Virus record (IMG/VR): IMGVR_UViG_3300020441_000003
Span: 1-64,000 of that record
DNA length: 64,000 nt
From: a virus
Taxonomy: Duplodnaviria > Caudoviricetes
Reading direction: 5' to 3' (one strand)
Shown in pieces: positions 28,969 to 35,603 of this stretch (positions are counted from its first letter, which is position 1; each line of letters starts with the position of its first letter). The notes under the pieces were generated by a model. It was not told the DNA's origin. It saw only the letters and a list, made by a program, of their open reading frames with translations, and searched no databases. The position numbers and the translations under genes are program-made.

Positions 28969-29784
28969 CTATCCTATCATGTCCATAGGTAACATGTCAT
29001 GATTAAGTCTCGCTTCCTCTTCTAGTCTTGTTATTTCTTCCTGTGCTTCTGTTTTTAATTGTTGTCCATCAAGTGTCACACCACCAGGTAATGCGATACC
29101 TTGAAACTTAGATAGGTTTTCACCCCATTGATATTTGACTTTTGCAGTTGCATATTTTTTCAACCACATATCATTATAGATATCTGTAAAGTCTGTAGGG
29201 TCAAGTTTTCTATAACACTCTATAATTATAAACTCGTTGTTGTTTATCATGTCTACATCCATATCTAAGTATAATCTATTTTGGTGTTGATTAAATCTGA
29301 TAGGTTGTCGACCAACTAGAATGTTATCTAGTAATCTTATGTGTTGTTGCACCATTTCGTAATATAATACATTTGTTGCAGTTAAATCATATAAGTCATT
29401 GAGTCTTAATTGATATCTTAAATCAAACATATTTAAGTTATGTTTATCATTAAAAGGAAAGATATTCATAACTGCCATTACAAAATCAGGCAATACTACA
29501 TAATTTTGTTGTTGTTTAAATTGTTCGTCTGTATATGCATGTGTTCCAGCGGCTGTCTCTGTAAATGATTCATCAGTCTTCATTGTTGTAATTTTTGAAT
29601 CAGTAATCTGATGTTTGAGATACATCTTCATAGAACCCTCATAATGATACTGGTGAAAGTATTGTAGCGCTTCGTCTATTCTATCATCAAACTGGTCATC
29701 ATCGACATTGATTTCTAGAACAGGTGCACCAAGAGCTCTCTTGATGTATGCTTTTAATGTTGCTTTGCTATTTGGTGATGCCAT
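28969..29784 (-). CDS. gp13: Neck protein / head-tail adaptor
   Basis: LGAPVLEINVDDDQ, WLKKYATA, QWGENLSKF, LPGGVTLDG. Confidence 0.94.
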   Translation of the reverse strand: MASPNSKATLKAYIKRALGAPVLEINVDDDQFDDRIDEALQYFHQYHYEGSMKMYLKHQITDSKITTMKTDESFTETAAGTHAYTDEQFKQQQNYVVLPDFVMAVMNIFPFNDKHNLNMFDLRYQLRLNDLYDLTATNVLYYEMVQQHIRLLDNILVGRQPIRFNQHQNRLYLDMDVDMINNNEFIIIECYRKLDPTDFTDIYNDMWLKKYATAKVKYQWGENLSKFQGIALPGGVTLDGQQLKTEAQEEITRLEEEARLNHDMLPMDMIG

Positions 29785-29816
29785 AGTAATATTCCTGTCT
29801 AATATTACTATTTATG
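29785..29816 (-). promoter_or_regulatory. Late promoter overlapping an RBS-occluding hairpin (gp13)
   Basis: CATAAATA followed by AGTAATATT-ACAGG-containing loop-AATATTACT then ATG. Confidence 0.65.
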
Positions 29817-29822
29817 TGAAAT

Positions 29823-30083
29823 CTATTCTTGAAAATAAGTTCTTTGTTGAAGTCTATCTATTTTTTCATCTATCTTATCTATAGAGTCCATGAGTCTTTC
29901 GAAAGTCGCTTCCATACTTTCTCTGGTTACATAATCTTTGGCTATCTCTTCTCTTGTTTTATTGATAAGAATATCAAGTCTTTTTTGTTCACCAAGTATT
30001 GATCTCATCAAAAAACCTAATGGCAAAATGACTATTGTTAGAACAATGTTCCAAAGAACTTCGGGATTTACTGCTATTTCCAT
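29823..30083 (-). CDS. Membrane-anchored coiled-coil protein (possibly holin-like)
   Basis: N-terminal hydrophobic helix then heptad pattern; late promoter directly upstream. Confidence 0.6.
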   Translation of the reverse strand: MEIAVNPEVLWNIVLTIVILPLGFLMRSILGEQKRLDILINKTREEIAKDYVTRESMEATFERLMDSIDKIDEKIDRLQQRTYFQE

Positions 30084-30088
30084 ACAAC

Positions 30089-30096
30089 TATTTAGT
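30089..30096 (-). promoter_or_regulatory. T4-type late promoter
   Basis: ACTAAATA-N5-ATG. Confidence 0.6.
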
Positions 30097-30766
30097 AAAT
30101 AAAGTCGCCGTTTTCATCTACTTCCCACTCTAAATCATGATTTTTTATGTTCTGTCTTTCTCGTCCACCAGTCACATCCCAATTAAAAGAAATACTGTAT
30201 CTATCTTTTTGAGTTAGATTAGGTTCGACCATATGCATGAGACCACTAGGAAAAAGATATAGATCACCAGTCTTTGGTCTAACTCCCCATGACTCCCATA
30301 TTCTTGCCTGTGAAGAAGGAAAGTTTGAAACTATTTTATGGTCTGTATCAACCATTCTAAGATCACCCTCATCTCCTTCTGCTTGAATAAAGAATACACC
30401 TGAATAAAAACAACCATTATGTAAGTGTGGGGCGTTCCAAGCGCCTGGATAGTTAATGTTTGCCCATGAGTTATGCAACTCTATCTTTGCTGAATCTTTT
30501 TCGATTCCGAGAAAAGGAACAAGTTCATCTCTAAATTCTCTTTTAATTTGTCTTAATGCACGAATAAAAACAGGATTTTTATCTATACCATCTATTGATT
30601 GCCAACCATTTCTATTAGATATATTTCTACCTTTGGGGTCACGCTTTCTCATTGCATCAATTTCTTCTTTCAATGCAACCATATATTCTGGTGTAATCTC
30701 AGAACATTTATCTCTATCAAGATATTGTTTAGTTAAAACGAATGTTGGAAATAATAATTTAATCAT
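30092..30766 (-). CDS. Putative 2OG-Fe(II) oxygenase (TIGR02466-like)
   Basis: GWQS, WANIN, HLH...SGVFFI, FPSGLMHMV, RYSISFN; start MIKLLFP overlaps the upstream stop. Confidence 0.88.
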   Translation of the reverse strand: MIKLLFPTFVLTKQYLDRDKCSEITPEYMVALKEEIDAMRKRDPKGRNISNRNGWQSIDGIDKNPVFIRALRQIKREFRDELVPFLGIEKDSAKIELHNSWANINYPGAWNAPHLHNGCFYSGVFFIQAEGDEGDLRMVDTDHKIVSNFPSSQARIWESWGVRPKTGDLYLFPSGLMHMVEPNLTQKDRYSISFNWDVTGGRERQNIKNHDLEWEVDENGDFIY

Positions 30767-31598
30767 CTTTTTCACTCTTATGAAAAGGACACTCAGGTGG
30801 TGGTTCATCTTCTTTATAGAACTGACCTTTCTCTTGCCAATATCCTTCTAGACGATAAGGACCCATTTTACCGTCTTTCTTCATGTCATCATATTTAGTT
30901 CGACCCATTTCATCCATTGTTGGCATATCATCATGTGCAGTATACTTACTTCTATTATCGTGCCAAGTTTGTGAATCTTTCAATTGATATGTTGCAACCC
31001 ATTCTTCCCTTTTGTAAGGTATTATTTGAACTAATGGTGTGCCTTTCTTAATTACAAATGAATGGTCTACTTTTGGATAAAAAATTATTTGTGAGTTATC
31101 ATAATTAGTATTAAACTTATCTGTATCAATTATTCCATGCCATGTAGAAAAGAATTTGTTTTGATGTAAAAATGGGTCAACATAAAAACAAGAATATCCT
31201 GGCGGTGTTTTAATATTCCAGGCACTTCTCATTTTAAATGCATCTCTAACTGGATTATCACCACCTAGATATTCAAATGTATGGTCTACTTGATCTGCTG
31301 GGTGTGATGGCGAATTGTAATTGCCTTTCTCATCTTTAGTTATATAACTAGAACTGTTTTCTGAAAATCTATCAGCGCCTACTAAAACTTGCATATCTCT
31401 ATTTGCAGTTATAAACCATCCTGATTTTGTCCAGTCATGCATAGCTGGACATGCACGAATAGTCTGAGTAAACTTACCTCTAATAGATTGATTTACTTTC
31501 ATTTTTTTCCACCAATCAGGTAATAAACTCTTTGCAAGAACTGGTTTAAAGTCTCTTAAACTATCTTCATTGAATGTTATAAAGTCTATTGTAGGCAT
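30759..31598 (-). CDS. Hypothetical protein, dUTPase-like beta fold (DUF6065-like)
   Basis: TIRACPAM, WNIKTPPGYS, GIIDTD, IKKGTPLVQIIP. Confidence 0.6.
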   Translation of the reverse strand: MPTIDFITFNEDSLRDFKPVLAKSLLPDWWKKMKVNQSIRGKFTQTIRACPAMHDWTKSGWFITANRDMQVLVGADRFSENSSSYITKDEKGNYNSPSHPADQVDHTFEYLGGDNPVRDAFKMRSAWNIKTPPGYSCFYVDPFLHQNKFFSTWHGIIDTDKFNTNYDNSQIIFYPKVDHSFVIKKGTPLVQIIPYKREEWVATYQLKDSQTWHDNRSKYTAHDDMPTMDEMGRTKYDDMKKDGKMGPYRLEGYWQEKGQFYKEDEPPPECPFHKSEKDD

Positions 31599-32269
31599 GT
31601 TAATTCTACCTCGTCCCCTCTCAATACGATTGATCTTCTATCTGCATATCTAGCTCTTTCGTTAGGCGCATCTGCACCGTGTGGTATTCTTCCGTCAAAC
31701 ATAAGTAATCTATTTGGTTTAAAATCAACTTCTGCTATTTGATGATTTTCTATATGTTCATTTCTGCCTTCTAAACCTTGTTGATGTTCATTATAAAATC
31801 TCAATGTTCCGCCCCAATCATCATTCCAAAAAGTATTGTAATAGTATAGAAAAGATAAATTATAATCATCATCTTTGTCACAATCTGAATGTGTAGTTCC
31901 GTGTTGACCATATGTTTGTGAATTAGTTCCCATATATTGAAATCTTATCCAATCAAATCCAAAATCAGTTTTTATTTTATCATTCAAATATTTTGCCATA
32001 TATGTATATTGTTTTGGAATATCTTCAATCATTTGACCATTTTTTGCAGTAAAGAAACTTGAACCCCAAAATTGATGGTGAGGCAAACCTGTTTTACTTT
32101 GACCTCTAACAGAATTTGTTTTAGACCATGTTGGCATATTTGTTATCTGTTGATTTAAAAAATGATGCAATGATTGTTCTAGATAATTGTCTATTACATA
32201 TACTTTATCTAAAGGCAATTTATCAATATGAAAAGGTTTATCAACCTTAACTATTTCTAAAGAGTTCAT
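31586..32269 (-). CDS. 2OG-Fe(II) oxygenase, prolyl-hydroxylase-like
   Basis: HSD, WNDDWGGTLRF, FKPNRLLMFDGRIPHGA...R. Confidence 0.9.
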   Translation of the reverse strand: MNSLEIVKVDKPFHIDKLPLDKVYVIDNYLEQSLHHFLNQQITNMPTWSKTNSVRGQSKTGLPHHQFWGSSFFTAKNGQMIEDIPKQYTYMAKYLNDKIKTDFGFDWIRFQYMGTNSQTYGQHGTTHSDCDKDDDYNLSFLYYYNTFWNDDWGGTLRFYNEHQQGLEGRNEHIENHQIAEVDFKPNRLLMFDGRIPHGADAPNERARYADRRSIVLRGDEVELTCLQ

Positions 32270-32820
32270 TAGTCTATGAAAGCTTTTTGTGGTGGCGGTA
32301 TTAGATTTGCATAATCTTCAAATGGTTTTAAAACATCTTCTCTAGTTGACTGTATTTCATTAGCAACATTGATGTATACATTCCAGACGGCATCATAATA
32401 CTCTAATACTCTTCTTGCATCTGATCTTAAAGGGTGATTTGAACCCTCTCTGCCAGCCGCTATAACATCTATAGAATCTGTGAATCCATATGATTCAGAT
32501 TGTTGATACACATAATCTTTACACATTTCATTTAGATTTTCTGAATATTGATTGTTTAGATTTACATTTTCTGGTGGTGCAGAATTTTCAATGTAAGTTT
32601 CTATTGCATCTATTTCAGTATCGTTTAGATTTACTTTCACTTGTTCATCAAAACAGACATTATCTTTCCATTCTAGTATTTTAACTTCTATGTCGTCATA
32701 GACTACAACATCGTATTCAAATCCTAATTCAGGTTTATCTGTATTTTCAAAGTTGTATTGTAATCCATTCGGTTTTCTAACAGTTAGAGTTCCGTTTTCA
32801 TCGTATATAAACATATTCAT
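32269..32820 (-). CDS. Hypothetical protein (possible fibre assembly chaperone)
   Basis: Acidic 183 aa next to fibre genes; function inferred from position only. Confidence 0.55.
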   Translation of the reverse strand: MNMFIYDENGTLTVRKPNGLQYNFENTDKPELGFEYDVVVYDDIEVKILEWKDNVCFDEQVKVNLNDTEIDAIETYIENSAPPENVNLNNQYSENLNEMCKDYVYQQSESYGFTDSIDVIAAGREGSNHPLRSDARRVLEYYDAVWNVYINVANEIQSTREDVLKPFEDYANLIPPPQKAFID

Positions 32821-32837
32821 AATAACTCCATTATATC

Positions 32838-34376
32838 TTAATTGTTATGTTTTGCCAATAGTTTTTCGTAAATATTTAGGTGTTGTATCTCAGATGTATC
32901 CATACCCTCAATCCAAGGTCCGCCTCTTGTGTAATGAACTGCAAGTGGTCTCCATACTTTATCTGTATATGCATGTCCTTCTGTAATTACAAACCATTCT
33001 GGTATTTCTGATATTGCATCAGTCCATTCAAATTGATGTAAGTATTTTCCTGTTTCTGTATTCACTACTTCTGGTGTTAGTTTTTTACAGTCTTCATGAC
33101 CATTATTAAATATCATAAGCGAGGACCAAAGTTTCTTCGGATATGATACATTCTTTTCACCTGTAAATTTAGTTTCAGGATACTTATCAAAGTCGTATTG
33201 TATACATGCAACTGCATCATCAGGATTCATAAAGTAAAACATAGGTAAAATACTTCCGTCAAATAGAATATCATCATCTAAAAAGATACTAAATCCTTCA
33301 TAGTTTTCTAAATGTGGTATTAAAAATCTACTATATGTAAATTCAGTAGATTGATTTGCATAGTCTCTAGTATACTCAGGTATCTTTGAAATGTCAAGAA
33401 ACTTTATTTCTGGTCGCCATTTAGACATCGAACCATTGATATCACCTCCACCAAAACCATGATTTATACCTTTCTCTAAACATTTTTTACATAAGTCTGC
33501 AAGGTCTGTATGTCTTGAATCATAACCAACATATATGTTTAGTGGTTTACCTTTACATAACTTAGATACTTTTCTATTGAACTCATATACATTTTGTCTG
33601 AAAGATGTTTGAACTGATGCTTCGCAAGATATCTCTATGTAACCATTAGAATAATTAAACGATATATTCTTATGACCTTTTTTTGTAAATTCATTTTCTT
33701 TTACATCTTCTATCAGTTCTTCAATAGTATATTCTGGTGAATCTATAACATCAAACTCGTCCCAAATCCACATTGGCAATGTAGGGTCATCAAGTATTTC
33801 GAAGACACCTGATCTTACAGAACCTGGGTGTATTGCGAGTCTATATTTATCATTGTGTCCTTCATTTACTTTACCTTGAATAGGATTCCAAAGTCCTTCT
33901 TTTCTAATACTGTCAATCAACCAATGTGCCTTTGCAGAATGATAATAAGAAGAATTTAATGCATCTCTCTTTCTACCCTCATACTCATAGTCTACATTAG
34001 TAAAGTCACAATGATTACCTATTTCTTCATATTCATCATTAACATTTTTAAAGTCCATGCCAGATTTGCCTGGTTCTGGAAGTTCAGGTTTTTCAGTATA
34101 CCCATAAGGCAAAAAATATTGATAAGTAAATGATTGTGATTGTAATTGATTCCAACCCCACATCTTACCGTCTTTAATAAGTTGTGCGATTTCACCCCAT
34201 GTAGTTTTTTTGAGTTTAATACCTAAATGATCTTTCAACCACTTAAATGTTTTGTATGCATTTTCATCTTCGTATGGTTGATCTACTTCAAAACCACCTA
34301 AATGGTAATGAAAAAATTTATCCTTAGGTTCAGAAAATGTTTCTTTAACTTGTTCTAGAGTTTTTGATTTCATCAT
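32838..34376 (-). CDS. Fusion: ParB/Srx-like segment plus GT-A glycosyltransferase
   Basis: LIDSIRKEGLWNPI...HPGSVR; IYVGYDSR, STEFTYSRFLIP, FLDDDILF, WSSLMIFN. Confidence 0.8.
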   Translation of the reverse strand: MMKSKTLEQVKETFSEPKDKFFHYHLGGFEVDQPYEDENAYKTFKWLKDHLGIKLKKTTWGEIAQLIKDGKMWGWNQLQSQSFTYQYFLPYGYTEKPELPEPGKSGMDFKNVNDEYEEIGNHCDFTNVDYEYEGRKRDALNSSYYHSAKAHWLIDSIRKEGLWNPIQGKVNEGHNDKYRLAIHPGSVRSGVFEILDDPTLPMWIWDEFDVIDSPEYTIEELIEDVKENEFTKKGHKNISFNYSNGYIEISCEASVQTSFRQNVYEFNRKVSKLCKGKPLNIYVGYDSRHTDLADLCKKCLEKGINHGFGGGDINGSMSKWRPEIKFLDISKIPEYTRDYANQSTEFTYSRFLIPHLENYEGFSIFLDDDILFDGSILPMFYFMNPDDAVACIQYDFDKYPETKFTGEKNVSYPKKLWSSLMIFNNGHEDCKKLTPEVVNTETGKYLHQFEWTDAISEIPEWFVITEGHAYTDKVWRPLAVHYTRGGPWIEGMDTSEIQHLNIYEKLLAKHNN

Positions 34377-34391
34377 ATAGTTTCATAATAT

Positions 34392-35600
34392 TTATCCAGT
34401 TATAGGACTGCCTGGCCACGAACCTGCTGGGTCACCGTCCCACCTAATTACAGGCGTTCTGCCTTGTCTTGCATATGTAGACGGACTTCTGTGATTGTAT
34501 GTAAAAGGTGTTCGACCTTGTCTTGCATAAGTCGATGGTGATCTATGGTTATAAGTCAACGGACTTCTATGTTGATATGTCAAAGGACTTCTATGTTGAT
34601 ATGTGCCAGGTTGTCTTGAATCTCTAATATTAGGTTCTTGTGCATTTGAAGCCACTTGATAGATTGCAGGTTGTCTTGCATCTCTAATATTAGGTTCTTG
34701 TTGGTTTCTAATAAACGGATTCTGTGCATTAACAATAGAAGGCTGTTGTTGGTCACGAATATTAGGTTCTTGTGCATTTGAAGCCACTTGATAAATCAAT
34801 GGTTGTCTTGCATCTCTAATGTTCGGTTCTTGTCCAGCCCTTATAAAAGGATTTTGTGCATTGGCAATAGAAGGCTGTTGTTGGTCACGAATATTTGGTT
34901 GTTGTGCGTTTGAGGCAACTTGATATATAAGAGGTTGTCTCGCATCTCTAATATTAGGTTCCTGTTGGTCTCTAATAACAGGTTGTTGATTAGCTCTTAT
35001 ATTTGGTTCTTGTCCTGACCTGATATTTGGTTCCTGTGCATTTGAGGCCACTTGATAAATTAGTGGTTGTCTTGCATCTCTAATGTTTGGTTCTTGTTGC
35101 GATCTTATATTTGGTTCTTGTTGGTCTCTTATATTAGGTTGTTGTGCTGAACGAATATTTGGTTGTTGTGCATTGGAAGCCACTTGATAAATTAGTGGTT
35201 GTCTTGCATCTCTAATGTTTGGTTCTTGTGCATTTCTGATACTTGGTTCTTGAGCCGACCTGATATTTGGTTGTTGAGAAGACCTAATATTTGGTTCTTG
35301 TGCTGATACAGGATTTCTATATGTGAAAGGCGACCTGTGATTATATGTAAAAGGCAACTGATAACCAACAGGGTTTCTGTAACCGAATGGTGATCTATGA
35401 TTATATGTAAACGGATTTCTGTATGTAAAGGGCGACTGAAATGTAAATGGTTGTTGTCCTGCTACAGGGTTTCTATATGTAAATGGATTTCTATATGAAT
35501 ATGTTTGTTGACCAGACACAGGTGACCTATAAGTGAAAGGGTTTCTTCCACTGTTTGGTTGTCTTGCGTTTGCTATTGTTGGTTGCTGTGCTGACGGCAT
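34392..35600 (-). CDS. Pro-punctuated repeat fibre protein B (mirror partner of 35604-37436)
   Basis: 48 x-x-P units; QEPNIR-rich middle, YQHRSP-rich C-terminus. Confidence 0.85.
   Translation of the reverse strand: MPSAQQPTIANARQPNSGRNPFTYRSPVSGQQTYSYRNPFTYRNPVAGQQPFTFQSPFTYRNPFTYNHRSPFGYRNPVGYQLPFTYNHRSPFTYRNPVSAQEPNIRSSQQPNIRSAQEPSIRNAQEPNIRDARQPLIYQVASNAQQPNIRSAQQPNIRDQQEPNIRSQQEPNIRDARQPLIYQVASNAQEPNIRSGQEPNIRANQQPVIRDQQEPNIRDARQPLIYQVASNAQQPNIRDQQQPSIANAQNPFIRAGQEPNIRDARQPLIYQVASNAQEPNIRDQQQPSIVNAQNPFIRNQQEPNIRDARQPAIYQVASNAQEPNIRDSRQPGTYQHRSPLTYQHRSPLTYNHRSPSTYARQGRTPFTYNHRSPSTYARQGRTPVIRWDGDPAGSWPGSPITG
34452..35588 (-). repeat. Coding tandem repeats of 18/24/30/36 nt with a 132-nt super-period
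   Basis: Five DARQPxIYQVASNAQ blocks 44 aa apart. Confidence 0.9.
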
Positions 35601-35603
35601 AAA

